Virus record (IMG/VR): IMGVR_UViG_3300045999_010033
Span: 1 to 64,000 of that record
Length of the DNA: 64,000 nucleotides
Direction: 5' to 3' (one strand)
Within the stretch, counting starts at the first letter, position 1. Every line of letters starts with the position of its first letter. Shown piece after piece: positions 9,163 through 18,970 of the stretch. Made by a program: the position numbers and the translations under genes. Under the pieces are notes generated by a model. The model worked only from the letters and a program-made list of their open reading frames with translations, had not been told where the DNA came from and searched no databases.

Positions 9163-9606
9163 TTACTTCAGTAATCCGGCGATTGCTTTCACTTTATCCA
9201 ACTTACTCATTGAGCCGTTTTCGATTGTAGTGAGAGCCTGCCATACCTTAAATTCATTTTCATCGTATTCCGTTACACCGGCTTCATCCATCCAAGCGAT
9301 TACGGCGTTGGCCTCGTCGATTTGGGCTTGATGTTCGGCAATCTCCTTTTGGTAATCTTCCCTAGTGATACCTACTACTTTAGCGTCATATTCTTGGAGC
9401 CAATTACCCTGCCATAATCCATCAAGCGTCTCGGCCGTTAGTACCTTACCTTTAATGGTTTTAACACGATATTTTTCTCCGATGGTATAATTTGCAGATC
9501 CCTCATTTCCAGTTACTACGATAATATCTCCTACTTTTGGCTTCTTACTCATTTTTAATTTGATTTTTAAGTTGTATATAAATTGTTTAATCCGATTTCG
9601 TTTCAT
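9163..9606 (-). CDS. SH3-like + coiled-coil paralog A1
   Basis: KVGDIIVV..YTIGEKYRV...WMDEAGVTEYDENEFKVWQALT. Confidence 0.8.
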   Translation of the reverse strand: MKRNRIKQFIYNLKIKLKMSKKPKVGDIIVVTGNEGSANYTIGEKYRVKTIKGKVLTAETLDGLWQGNWLQEYDAKVVGITREDYQKEIAEHQAQIDEANAVIAWMDEAGVTEYDENEFKVWQALTTIENGSMSKLDKVKAIAGLLK

Positions 9607-9613
9607 AATTCGA

Positions 9614-10036
9614 TTATTTCAAGAGAGCGGCGATGGCCCTTACCTTGTCCATCTTACTCATTGATTCATTTTCAATTGTAGTAAGTGTCTGCCAAACCTT
9701 ATGTTCGTTTTCATCATACACATCCGTACCGGTCTCGTCCATCCAAGCAATAATGGATTGATTGTGCTCAATATCAGTTTTGAGTTTGCTAATCCTTCCG
9801 GTCAGCGTTTGGATTTCGGATTCGATTGCGGCTTTATCTACGGTGCCTGGATCACAATCTTTGTACTTCAGATTATTACCTTTCCATACTCCATCCAAGT
9901 CTCCGGCCATAAATGTGGTGGCGCCGGTATGGGCTAGGACTCGATACCTTTTACCAATAGTATAACTGTGTGAGTTTGAATTAGCCTTTACAAGTACAAT
10001 GTCTCCGACCTGAGGAAGTGCTTTTAACCTTGCCAT
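9614..10036 (-). CDS. SH3-like + coiled-coil paralog A2
   Basis: QVGDIVLV..YTIGKRYRV...WMDETGTDVYDENEHKVWQTLT. Confidence 0.8.
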   Translation of the reverse strand: MARLKALPQVGDIVLVKANSNSHSYTIGKRYRVLAHTGATTFMAGDLDGVWKGNNLKYKDCDPGTVDKAAIESEIQTLTGRISKLKTDIEHNQSIIAWMDETGTDVYDENEHKVWQTLTTIENESMSKMDKVRAIAALLK

Positions 10037-10088
10037 ATTTGTTTTGTTTTATTTATTTAAGTTTTTGTTTTTAATTATAAGAATAGAA

Positions 10089-10487
10089 TTAACCCTTAAT
10101 CATTTGAGCAATTCGTTTCACTTTGTCAATCTTGCTGATATTCTCATCTTCCATAGCCGTCAGCACCTGCCATACCTTAAATTCATCTTCATTGAACACA
10201 TCGGAGCCGGTCATCGACATCCACGCAAGCATACTATGCCTATCTTCAATGAGTGCCTGTGCTTCGGAAATATCCTTCAAAAGTTCATCTTTGGTCATCT
10301 CCCAAATCTCTACCTGCGAAAACTTCAACCATCCACTCTCTGTTCCCGGTACAGCTGCCAATTCAGCTTTCAGAGTATTATCCGACCTATCTATACGTGT
10401 AATACTATATTTTATATCTTTACGATATCCATCCACGGTTGCGATAACTCTAATACATGCTCCGATTTTAACTTGGTCTGCTTTCAT
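10089..10487 (-). CDS. SH3-like + coiled-coil paralog A3
   Basis: KIGACIRV...WMSMTGSDVFNEDEFKVWQVLT. Confidence 0.8.
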   Translation of the reverse strand: MKADQVKIGACIRVIATVDGYRKDIKYSITRIDRSDNTLKAELAAVPGTESGWLKFSQVEIWEMTKDELLKDISEAQALIEDRHSMLAWMSMTGSDVFNEDEFKVWQVLTAMEDENISKIDKVKRIAQMIKG

Positions 10488-10622
10488 TTTATTTGTTTTT
10501 TGTTTGTTTTTATTTATTAGTTTTGCTCCTTATTCTCTTACCCTTTTATTTCGGAGCTGGCCTGCTTATCCTCGCCCTTTCGGACTGATACGAGTTTCTC
10601 AAGGGCACAGGTAGTTTTATAT

Positions 10623-11210
10623 TTACTCACTATCCGAGTACATAACTTTAGATTCCTTACGGTCGGACTTCGGGCCCAATTCAACATCGGCCAATTCAGC
10701 GGATGCCATTATATCGGCAGTTCCCCGCACTACATCACGCATACCAACGGGAGCGTGTCCTTTGCCGGCGATTGCTTTCACTTCACTAACCAGCTTATCT
10801 GCTTTACGAATGAAGTCACGGGCGGTTTCATCTGAAATAAACATACGCGGTTTATCAACACCCGGTCCAGTCACTTCATACAATTCATAGAAGTCCTTAC
10901 CACCAATATCCGCCGGCAAGTTCAATTCACGAACTACCTTTGTGATTTTGTAACCACGCGGAAGGCGAGAACTTACTGCTTTGGCCGTCGGCTTCTTAAC
11001 CGCCGGCTTTTTAGTGGCCGGCTTTTTAGTAGCAGCCTTTTTAGTTGCCGGTTTCTTAGCCGTAGCATTTTTAGTGGCCGCCTTCTTAGCCGCCGGCTTG
11101 ACCGCCTTCTTCGTAGCAGCCTTTTTAGTGGCCGTCTTTTTGGCCGCAGGTTTGGTAGCCTTCTTTGTAGCGGGCTTTTTAGTAGTCGTTTTTTTCACTG
11201 CTTTACTCAT
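10623..11210 (-). CDS. histone H1-like Lys/Ala/Thr-rich protein with globular C-terminal domain
   Basis: ~80 aa of KKPAT/KKAAT repeats. Confidence 0.8.
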   Translation of the reverse strand: MSKAVKKTTTKKPATKKATKPAAKKTATKKAATKKAVKPAAKKAATKNATAKKPATKKAATKKPATKKPAVKKPTAKAVSSRLPRGYKITKVVRELNLPADIGGKDFYELYEVTGPGVDKPRMFISDETARDFIRKADKLVSEVKAIAGKGHAPVGMRDVVRGTADIMASAELADVELGPKSDRKESKVMYSDSE

Positions 11211-11227
11211 AGTAACTTTTTTATTTA

Positions 11228-11542
11228 TTAATCCATAGGAGATACCTTCGCTTCACCATCTAATGCTGCTTCATATCCTTCACGCCAAGAGATATCTTTT
11301 TCTTCCCAAATAGCATCAACCAATTCAATCATTTTCTCATCTTCAAGCTCCAATGAATAAAGCAAATCGGAAGTTTCTTTACTTACGTGCAGTATTCCAC
11401 CATCATCATCGGATTCGCCGGCACCATCGTTATATGCCTCATCCAATAGGGAATCAACGAGAATCATTACTTGTTCGGTTTCCTCACCAGTGAAACGTTG
11501 TCCAATAACCGTCTGCAATACATCGTACTTTTTACTATCCAT
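11228..11542 (-). CDS. acidic hypothetical protein with internal duplication
   Basis: LVDSLLDEAYNDG / LVDAIWEE..WREG. Confidence 0.6.
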   Translation of the reverse strand: MDSKKYDVLQTVIGQRFTGEETEQVMILVDSLLDEAYNDGAGESDDDGGILHVSKETSDLLYSLELEDEKMIELVDAIWEEKDISWREGYEAALDGEAKVSPMD

Positions 11543-12069
11543 TTTATTTGTTTTTATTTGTTTTCGTTTTTTCTGAAATCACCATACATTCCGACGAGTA
11601 TGATTGTCGGAATTATTATCACCCACCATTTCCAATTCATTACGGTGATGTTAGCAATGCTCATAGATGAGCCGAGCCATATGGACCATCCATACCTTTT
11701 AAGAAACTCTATCATTTATTTATTTTTTATTTCGTTATCAATATCTTCGAATGTAATGTCTTCATCCGCCGGCCGGAAGGTAGCAATCCATAACAGCCCC
11801 ATAAACACCGCTGGTAAAATTAGTTCACTCATTATTTTCTATTAATTCGGTTAGAGATAGCAATCAGTAAGAGGACGATTAGAAACAGAAGAAAGTTAGT
11901 CATATAGATTTATATTTGTTTTTATTAATCGGCCCAACCATCGTATTTGATGTGGGGAATTTCGGTAGCTTTCACTCTGCGAATCTTGCGGTTACGCATC
12001 TTTTTATACCACTTACCACTACGTTTAGTATTACCGTGTTTAGAAATTTGTTCAGCTTTTATTGCCATA

Positions 12070-12264
12070 TTATATTACGATTATTGTATCTTCAGCTTCA
12101 CTTTGTCCAAGCAGATAACCTGCTTTGAATCCTTTAACGAATGCCTCATAGGATATGATGCCATCATCTATTCGTTTGAATATCTCAAGCGCTTTCAGCT
12201 CTATGATATCATCACGCTTTGTGTTTCGTATGTACGTTTGTTTTTTTGATTTATCTTCACTCAT
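12070..12264 (-). CDS. hypothetical protein
   Basis: Packed ORF; AFVKGFKAGY motif. Confidence 0.55.
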   Translation of the reverse strand: MSEDKSKKQTYIRNTKRDDIIELKALEIFKRIDDGIISYEAFVKGFKAGYLLGQSEAEDTIIVI

Positions 12265-12283
12265 ATGTTTTTATTTTTATTTG

Positions 12284-12376
12284 TAGTCAGGACAGGATTC
12301 GAACCTGTACAAAGTTATTTACTATTACCTTTGCCAGCTCGGATGCTGGTGTGTCTACCTATTTCACCACCTGACC
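12284..12376 (-). ncRNA. tRNA-like RNA (Leu-type body, 6-nt non-anticodon loop)
   Basis: GGTCAGG/CCTGACT-A; D arm GTG..GGTAGA-CAC; CCAGC-ATCCGA-GCTGG; long variable arm; ACAGG-TTCGAAT-CCTGT. Confidence 0.8.
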
Positions 12377-12387
12377 GAACCATCCGA

Positions 12388-12765
12388 TTAGTTATCGGAG
12401 AAATCAATTCCACCGAGGATGCTATCCCCGTCGTTCATACGTGCAATCTTCTCTTTGGCATTCACACGCATTTGTTTCATAACTTCACGAAGTGACCCGC
12501 CATCTGTCATTTCATTAACACGTTCCCACGCGGCATCAATCTTCATTTGAAGAAACTCGCGAAGCGGTTTGTTTTGTGGTTCATCGTTGAGCTCCTCAAT
12601 GAAGTCCTCAAGTGATGCAACCGTTGCCATCCGAAGAGCGAGCGATTCCGTGCTATCCGGCGAATCGGCTGTAATAACGTTAGCGAGTACCATCGCCAGC
12701 TTTACACGTTGCTCATCCATTTCATTAATCAATCCCAGAATTCCACCAATGTTTTCGATATTCAT
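12388..12765 (-). CDS. helical hypothetical protein
   Basis: Packed ORF. Confidence 0.6.
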   Translation of the reverse strand: MNIENIGGILGLINEMDEQRVKLAMVLANVITADSPDSTESLALRMATVASLEDFIEELNDEPQNKPLREFLQMKIDAAWERVNEMTDGGSLREVMKQMRVNAKEKIARMNDGDSILGGIDFSDN

Positions 12766-12767
12766 AA

Positions 12768-13094
12768 TTAACCGTTTAATTTAGGTTTAAGTGTATTTAT
12801 TAATTCAGTTTCGATTCGGTGTGCTTCGGCTTTACCACGTACCACCTGAAGTACGTTCACTTCATATACTACATTCTCCTCGCCATCCCAACGTCTCATA
12901 TCACGATACAACGGCCAGTCCTTTTCCCATTCGATGCGGGCCCGGCTCACATGCTTATGGAAACGATTGATGGCTGACCATTTGAATGCCCTACCTTTAG
13001 CGACTGTAATACCAATGTATTGTTTGTTATTAATCGTATTGGTGATAAGGTATATCACGTGGTTTCTATCACTTCGTTTCTTCCTCATGCTCAT
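12768..13094 (-). CDS. stand-alone GIY-YIG nuclease domain protein
   Basis: HVIYLITN..NNKQYIGIT, conserved R and late E (RIETELI). Confidence 0.8.
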   Translation of the reverse strand: MSMRKKRSDRNHVIYLITNTINNKQYIGITVAKGRAFKWSAINRFHKHVSRARIEWEKDWPLYRDMRRWDGEENVVYEVNVLQVVRGKAEAHRIETELINTLKPKLNG

Positions 13095-13279
13095 CCTAAT
13101 TTGATTTGTTTAGCTATCCACATCTTCCGATGAATCTTTCCGAACTTTGAACGTTCCGGCATATGTTTCAATCGACGGAAGTAGTAGTGTTTTCTTTCGC
13201 CCGTGTCGTATCGGGCACCGTTCCAATATTTACTCATAGTTACCTCGCATAGAACGCTACCCATTCTGCTTGTTTCCAA
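13091..13279 (-). CDS. basic hypothetical protein
   Basis: Packed ORF. Confidence 0.5.
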   Translation of the reverse strand: METSRMGSVLCEVTMSKYWNGARYDTGERKHYYFRRLKHMPERSKFGKIHRKMWIAKQIKLG

Positions 13280-13482
13280 GGGATATCATTTTGAGTACCT
13301 GCTCTCCATCCTGCACCTAATACCGATTTACGATTGGAGTGCCTCCCACGGATTTGGACGGCGGTTACACCATGCTCACGCTTCAACATTTCGCGGAACT
13401 CATTGATACCCTTCACATCATACATCGGAAAGGAACACAAATACTTTGAGGAACGATTCGGAATGTTTTTTGGAATATTCAT
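13240..13482 (-). CDS. hypothetical protein
   Basis: Packed ORF. Confidence 0.55.
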   Translation of the reverse strand: MNIPKNIPNRSSKYLCSFPMYDVKGINEFREMLKREHGVTAVQIRGRHSNRKSVLGAGWRAGTQNDIPWKQAEWVAFYAR

Positions 13483-13499
13483 ATATTATTTTTATATTG

Positions 13500-13736
13500 T
13501 TATTGATTACCACCTAACCACACCATAACACCAGCGTACATCTCAGCCCTCTGAAGTTCTTTCAAAACAAGGCGAGGAAGCCGTTTACGTTTCCACTTCC
13601 ATCTGAATCGGAACGCTTTAGTCCTTCGGAGTGCTTCAGCGGGTTGTTCATTCTCCACACATTCCCATACGGCCATAAGCTCTAACCACATTTGTTCGTT
13701 GGTATTCATATTTACTTTTTTAAAGGTTATCTTCAC
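13500..13736 (-). CDS. hypothetical protein
   Basis: Packed ORF. Confidence 0.5.
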   Translation of the reverse strand: MKITFKKVNMNTNEQMWLELMAVWECVENEQPAEALRRTKAFRFRWKWKRKRLPRLVLKELQRAEMYAGVMVWLGGNQ

Positions 13737-13951
13737 GCAGTAGCGGCGAGTGCCCTTTTAGCGGCGAGGAACGTTTTGGCCAGAGCCGTTTGATTCTTTA
13801 CGAATGTTTTGGCATCTTTCATAGATACGAAACGTTTAACAACTCCCTTAGCCACTTTCACTTCGTACACCCAATAACGATCGGGTACAAAGTTATTATC
13901 TGCGAGGCGGAGAGTGCGGATGGCTTTCTTAATATTCATTTTCGTGCTCAT
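13733..13951 (-). CDS. small basic protein resembling the C-terminal domain of 10623..11210
   Basis: IRTLRL..RYWVYEV..RFVSMKDAKTFVK vs VRELNL..FYELYEV..MFISDETARDFIR. Confidence 0.6.
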   Translation of the reverse strand: MSTKMNIKKAIRTLRLADNNFVPDRYWVYEVKVAKGVVKRFVSMKDAKTFVKNQTALAKTFLAAKRALAATA

Positions 13952-14010
13952 AATCAGGAATTAATAATGTTATATAATAGTAATAGTAATAGAGAAAGAA
14001 AGGGAGTGGA

Positions 14011-14421
14011 TTAGATGTTAGCGATAATCCAATCGGCCTGAGCCTTATTCCGAACGTTGAAAAGTTCCTTCAAACCTTTACGAATTTCGGAATGGAATTT
14101 TTTCGGAATCACACCCATTTTAGTCGGGAACTCACGAATGAAGTCACGCATACCCAGTTCCTCATCACGGAACATATCAAAGAATTTGCGAGCCTTCACA
14201 ATCTCGCTCTTAGATTTACATTCGATTGTGGTTACACGGCCATTCCAATGTTTGAACGTAACCGTGGCGGATATCTTACCGCCCTTACGCTGCGGAATTT
14301 TTGAACCCGCGAAGTTTTTAACCGGATTAGCAGCGGCCCTCTCAAGGATAGAAGGCGAAGAAGTGGATAAGCGGAAATCTTGGAATTGTAACGTACCTTT
14401 CATATTAGAGTTTTTTATCAT
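14011..14421 (-). CDS. basic hypothetical protein, first gene after promoter P1
   Basis: Directly downstream of a consensus promoter. Confidence 0.65.
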   Translation of the reverse strand: MIKNSNMKGTLQFQDFRLSTSSPSILERAAANPVKNFAGSKIPQRKGGKISATVTFKHWNGRVTTIECKSKSEIVKARKFFDMFRDEELGMRDFIREFPTKMGVIPKKFHSEIRKGLKELFNVRNKAQADWIIANI

Positions 14422-14433
14422 ATCACCACCTCA

Positions 14434-14584
14434 TTTGGGGATACTCCCCAAAGTTAAGGCTTATTTTTCATACTACAATGGGCTTTTTGATAAAAGTTTT
14501 CGAAATTTTTCGGGGTTTTGTTAGAAATTATCTAATGCCCCTTGATAATCAACGGCTTATGCTTCCCTGAATATCAATGACTTA
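14434..14584 (-). promoter_or_regulatory. P1: Bacteroidota-type promoter + hairpin + two IHF-consensus sites
   Basis: -7 TAACTTTG (14449-56), ATTG 19 nt upstream; hairpin TTTGGGGA-GTA-TCCCCAAA; WATCAANNNNTTR at 14547 and 14572. Confidence 0.85.
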
Positions 14585-14791
14585 CAAGGTTTTTTATAAC
14601 CAATTGATCCTCAATCTCTTATGTATGGTATCCATATAGTATAGATAAAGTATTCAATATCAACGCTTTGCGATTTTTGTTAGATATTTTCTAACTCAAC
14701 ACGATGTTTCATTGAATATTTTCTAACATTATATCCAAATCATTAAATATTTTCTAAACGGCCCATCCATTCACTTCGGCCGGTATGTATT

Positions 14792-14860
14792 CCTTTATAT
14801 TCATTTTGTGGCATGGCCTTATATTCATTTTTCATGTGAGGCAATCCCTTATATTTATTT
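14792..14860 (+). repeat. three CC(T)TTATATT(C/T)ATTT motifs
   Basis: Starts at 14792, 14817 and 14847; the reverse complement matches the 5150-5253 repeats. Confidence 0.7.
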
Positions 14861-14988
14861 TTTTTCAGCGATGGCGACGTGGGTGGGATTTTGGCTACAT
14901 ATCCCCTATCCTTTGATACCATAATTGTTTTATCTACGATTATGGAATATCACATTCGTTTTGATAGAGATGATTCGTTTTAACATGG

Positions 14989-15282
14989 TTATAGGAGTCT
15001 ATCCAATATCCCCTTAATACCTTCAGGTGTTATTTCGGATAGTTTCAATATAAATGTACGCGAAGGTATCACGTATCCATCTTTACTTGCCACTTCCATT
15101 TCGTACATAGAACCCCCATCCGCGGAGATTCTGCTCATCGCTATGTTCAACCAAACCCCGCTACTACCATGATATGCTGATATCCATTGGTATCGGTTAG
15201 GAGTTATTGTAAGTGTGGGTAGGGGAATGCCGATGGTATCATGTAGTATTAACTTATGTGGGTTATTTATAGTTAGTCTCAT
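14989..15282 (-). CDS. LTIxNxxK family paralog
   Basis: MRLTINNPHKL. Confidence 0.75.
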   Translation of the reverse strand: MRLTINNPHKLILHDTIGIPLPTLTITPNRYQWISAYHGSSGVWLNIAMSRISADGGSMYEMEVASKDGYVIPSRTFILKLSEITPEGIKGILDRLL

Positions 15283-15392
15283 ATAATTGGGGGAGTATCT
15301 TGTATGTGTATTATATTATATGGGAGAGTATTCTTTTCTTATTACTACTACTATTACTATATAGATTGGAGGGGTTATTAATAGAATTATTA

Positions 15393-15950
15393 TTAGTGTA
15401 TTCCGAATCGCTGCTGCCAATAAGGTCGTAACACATTCAGCCCTATCGTATGTTCTAATGTATGCGTTGAGAATGCCGTCATTATATGCGATTTGAATGG
15501 AAGGGGTAGGGCATAGTTAGATGTTGGGTCCAGTTTCGGAATGTATCCATCATCGCTCATCAGTAGATACAGTTCCGATATCAGGGGTAACGGAGTGTCC
15601 AAATGGTGTAGCGGCATATTCCATTCCTTATAAACAGAAGTATGTGGTTGAGCCGCACCGTTGTGTATTCGGTGATGGGAAATGGATAGTCCTGCATAAC
15701 GTGTTCCATCGGAGTAGTAGAATGGTTCTCTGTTCATGTAAAGTTTATACATTACAACAGTTCCAGCTGCGGTTGGTTCGGATTCGAATATTATTATGTA
15801 ATATTGAGCGGCATCGGATTCGTATATCTTTAGATTGACTACCGGTCCTAATATTACATTTATTATGTGTCCTAGTTTATCTATATTATGTATTGTCAAT
15901 CTATTACTCATAAGTTTTTTTATTAGTGTATTCCGAATTGATTTTACCAA
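15393..15950 (-). CDS. LTIxNxxK family paralog (likely start MSNRL)
   Basis: RLTIHNIDKL..YYIIIF..LMSDDGYIP. Confidence 0.75.
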   Translation of the reverse strand: MVKSIRNTLIKKLMSNRLTIHNIDKLGHIINVILGPVVNLKIYESDAAQYYIIIFESEPTAAGTVVMYKLYMNREPFYYSDGTRYAGLSISHHRIHNGAAQPHTSVYKEWNMPLHHLDTPLPLISELYLLMSDDGYIPKLDPTSNYALPLPFKSHIMTAFSTHTLEHTIGLNVLRPYWQQRFGIH

Positions 15951-16351
15951 TAAGATGATAACATTTGTTTACTTATTCTATTTGGTAGGTAATCATCGTG
16001 CTTAACCAGTCTTGCAATCACTTCTGCTAATGGATTGGGTTTGGTTAAAGTAGTTAAGTACATTTTAAATTCTCTTATTTTAGGTAAGGGATTCAATTGG
16101 CCATCCTCAACATTATGTGTAGTGAATCGCATTCTAATATAAGGTTTGCCACTTGGGGATACCAATATGGTCCTTTCTATGTTTAAACTATGTTGCTTTG
16201 CGTATTTACCTTCTGCCGTATATTCGTTAAATGCTATCCAATATCTATCTTGGTCACTTCCGAAAAAAGGTGGTGATATCATGTCACCCATTTTAAAATA
16301 AATGGCACTTACCAATTTATCCATATTATATATGGTCAGCTTTTTACTCAT
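15944..16351 (-). CDS. LTIxNxxK family paralog
   Basis: KLTIYNMDKL..YWIAF..HDDYLP. Confidence 0.75.
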   Translation of the reverse strand: MSKKLTIYNMDKLVSAIYFKMGDMISPPFFGSDQDRYWIAFNEYTAEGKYAKQHSLNIERTILVSPSGKPYIRMRFTTHNVEDGQLNPLPKIREFKMYLTTLTKPNPLAEVIARLVKHDDYLPNRISKQMLSSYW

Positions 16352-16353
16352 AC

Positions 16354-16785
16354 TTATTTAATTACATTTATTAATATGGGATGTTTACGCAAAAAGGATT
16401 TCTTATCGTATTCGATTGATGTTTTGCATTGTGGATAGTAATCATCGTCTATTATCATACTCCATATATCATCAATCAAATCGTATGGATATTTTAGTTT
16501 CAATAAAGCCATAGGCCATCGGTAGTTCAGAATGGGGTTTTGTTCTTTGAATATAGATAAAGTAATATACACACATGGTATCCCATCTATATCGGTCGGT
16601 TCTCTATCAATAGAAAATATATAAACCCGTCCATTTACCTTTTCCATAATAAATGCGTATTCCAACTCAGTCGTTTTTGAACGAATATCTAAAAGTTTGT
16701 CATCATCTTCGAAATAATAGTGCGACATTCCACCTAATATGTTAATCAAATACATTTTATTGTATATGGTTATTTTCTTACTCAT
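16354..16785 (-). CDS. LTIxNxxK family paralog
   Basis: KITIYNKMYL..MIIDDDYYP. Confidence 0.75.
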   Translation of the reverse strand: MSKKITIYNKMYLINILGGMSHYYFEDDDKLLDIRSKTTELEYAFIMEKVNGRVYIFSIDREPTDIDGIPCVYITLSIFKEQNPILNYRWPMALLKLKYPYDLIDDIWSMIIDDDYYPQCKTSIEYDKKSFLRKHPILINVIK

Positions 16786-16789
16786 ATCT

Positions 16790-17227
16790 TTATATTGAAA
16801 AACTATGACTGATATTATTCATTATTGGATTAGTATTGCCCAAATTTACTCTCATCTTCGGAATGTGGTCCTCACGACGCACCATAGTTAGTAAGTTAGC
16901 CGTAATGGGCCAATGGTCTTTTAATGATGGTAAGGCTATAGGGTATGTTCTCCTATTACGAAGTTTTGATAATACATCGGTTGTAGCTAGCTTGATATTG
17001 ATATACTTTATCGGGTGGGATGCCGATGCTGTATCTATTTGTATATTCCGAAATATAAAAAGTTCGTGTTTTTTGATTACAGTTCCCATATCATCTGCCT
17101 CTTCAAAGTATAACCAATAATACGTATCGCATTCGAGGGTACAGGTGTTATTAAACGTTAAAGGAAGTAGTGTCTTACCTTCGTCAAGTATTTTACTTAC
17201 ATTTAATATCGTCAACTTTTTACTCAT
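16790..17227 (-). CDS. LTIxNxxK family paralog
   Basis: KLTILNVSKI..YWLYF..REDHIP. Confidence 0.75.
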   Translation of the reverse strand: MSKKLTILNVSKILDEGKTLLPLTFNNTCTLECDTYYWLYFEEADDMGTVIKKHELFIFRNIQIDTASASHPIKYINIKLATTDVLSKLRNRRTYPIALPSLKDHWPITANLLTMVRREDHIPKMRVNLGNTNPIMNNISHSFSI

Positions 17228-17769
17228 ATATTTTGTGTCAATGAACTATTGGGGTGTATATTTACACTACTCGTAACATTCATACTACCACTTATATTAC
17301 CATAATACGCGGGATTAACTATTTTTTTTGAATACCGCGAGGATACACTCTGTCTTGGTGTAAACGGTCCATTTAGTATTGTTGATATACTAGCAGATGT
17401 ACTCCCACTAAACATGGGTATGAAATTCTCATCATCAATCATTCCCTTTATTACATGTCCCAACACATCGGGGGCATACAATGATTCGATTGGCATTAAC
17501 CAAGTGCGTGGATTTTTAACGGTAAACGCCCGGTCTCTATATTCTAATCGAATTAGACAATTATCAGTATGATCAAATGGGTCTACACGAATTATCCTAT
17601 CTATTATAAGCCACCACTGTCCTAATACTTTATCATCATACGCACTCCAAAACAATTTATACTCATCCGGATAAACAATCACATTACGATTACGTCCATC
17701 TTCGACTGGAATAGTAGGGAATACTTTTTCTAGATTATTTATATTTAGTAACTTATTCATTGGTTTCAA
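17224..17769 (-). CDS. LTIxNxxK family paralog
   Basis: LLNINNLEKV..YKLFW..MIDDENFIP. Confidence 0.75.
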   Translation of the reverse strand: MKPMNKLLNINNLEKVFPTIPVEDGRNRNVIVYPDEYKLFWSAYDDKVLGQWWLIIDRIIRVDPFDHTDNCLIRLEYRDRAFTVKNPRTWLMPIESLYAPDVLGHVIKGMIDDENFIPMFSGSTSASISTILNGPFTPRQSVSSRYSKKIVNPAYYGNISGSMNVTSSVNIHPNSSLTQNI

Positions 17770-17771
17770 AA

Positions 17772-18155
17772 TTAAACTCCACGTGGAATGTAGTCCTCTA
17801 CTCCTGCCATATTTAAAATTTCAGATACCAATCGGACGTAATTCTTTAATTTGGATATGGGTATATTAAATCGACGTGTATGAGCAATCGGATTTGTACT
17901 TCCATCTACGATTTCATTTGTATTGAAACCTATCGTAACACATCGTATCGAATCTGGACTTATATGCTGTATATACCTGCTTATGTTTACTCTACACTCT
18001 TTTATTTTAATCCCATCATTTGTTCGACATTCAAAGTATATCCAATAGAAATCTCTATCTTCTCCGCAATGGAAATTGTAAAAGTTGTCATGTGCATATG
18101 TTCGACAGGCGTGACATGCCTTCTCTATATTATTTATAGTCAATATATTGCTCAT
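17772..18155 (-). CDS. LTIxNxxK family paralog
   Basis: ILTINNIEKA..YWIYF..VEDYIP. Confidence 0.75.
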   Translation of the reverse strand: MSNILTINNIEKACHACRTYAHDNFYNFHCGEDRDFYWIYFECRTNDGIKIKECRVNISRYIQHISPDSIRCVTIGFNTNEIVDGSTNPIAHTRRFNIPISKLKNYVRLVSEILNMAGVEDYIPRGV

Positions 18156-18160
18156 ATCCT

Positions 18161-18595
18161 TTAAAGTCTTTTTAATGTTTTTAAGGCTACCTTACGAGAG
18201 AGATTGAGGTGGTCGTATTCCGTTTTCACTTTGGATTTGGGATTGATATCGTATGACGTATCCATTTTAATTAAATCCATTACTAATTCAAATGGGTCAT
18301 TCAATAGGTGCAATCCTAGTTTCCATTCTCTCACAAATTGAGGTTGCATCTGCGGTTTAGTAAGTAACCGTAACCATATACATGGGTGGCCGGTATCAAC
18401 ATCCATTTCTATGAATCTATATATGCGCAATACATAATCAATGGTCTCCCTATTGTTATTAGACATGAATATCATTCTGTATGAATCGTGTTCATCAATG
18501 ATTGGCCCAACCGTTATACCGCCTCTCATGCTGTTCATCAGTGCCAACAGTTTATGTGGATTGTTTATAGTTATTAACTTTTTCATTGGTGTCAA
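18161..18595 (-). CDS. LTIxNxxK family paralog
   Basis: LITINNPHKL..YRMIF. Confidence 0.75.
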   Translation of the reverse strand: MTPMKKLITINNPHKLLALMNSMRGGITVGPIIDEHDSYRMIFMSNNNRETIDYVLRIYRFIEMDVDTGHPCIWLRLLTKPQMQPQFVREWKLGLHLLNDPFELVMDLIKMDTSYDINPKSKVKTEYDHLNLSRKVALKTLKRL

Positions 18596-18597
18596 AA

Positions 18598-18954
18598 TTA
18601 AAATGGCAGATCAACATTCCATTCCAAATATTCTTTTATAGCGATAACAAATGCATATGGGTTTAATATGTTTTTTGTTTGGATATCAAGTGCTGCTAAC
18701 TTTTTGGCATCATTTGCATTGTATCCATTGAATCTTATTTTTGCGGGCATTGTTGGTTCGAAGGTATGGGGCTCGATACACCATGGTCCTAACTTTGTTG
18801 AAAAGCGATTCATTCGTATAATGTAATGCTCATTTTTATACTCCACTTTAAACACATAATCTTTATCTTCTTCTATTAAGAATTGCACTATTACATTATC
18901 CGTCCAATATTGTCCTATCTTTCCTACACCATCTATAATCACTCGCGTTTTCAT
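18598..18954 (-). CDS. divergent LTIxNxxK family paralog
   Basis: RVIIDGVGKI..YVFKV. Confidence 0.6.
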   Translation of the reverse strand: MKTRVIIDGVGKIGQYWTDNVIVQFLIEEDKDYVFKVEYKNEHYIIRMNRFSTKLGPWCIEPHTFEPTMPAKIRFNGYNANDAKKLAALDIQTKNILNPYAFVIAIKEYLEWNVDLPF

Positions 18955-18970
18955 AAACTTTTGAATATTA

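Noticed and set aside
10545-10615. Possible hammerhead ribozyme after the histone-like gene
   Set aside because: Hairpins are present but the CUGAUGA/GAAA core does not match; more likely a 3' UTR structure
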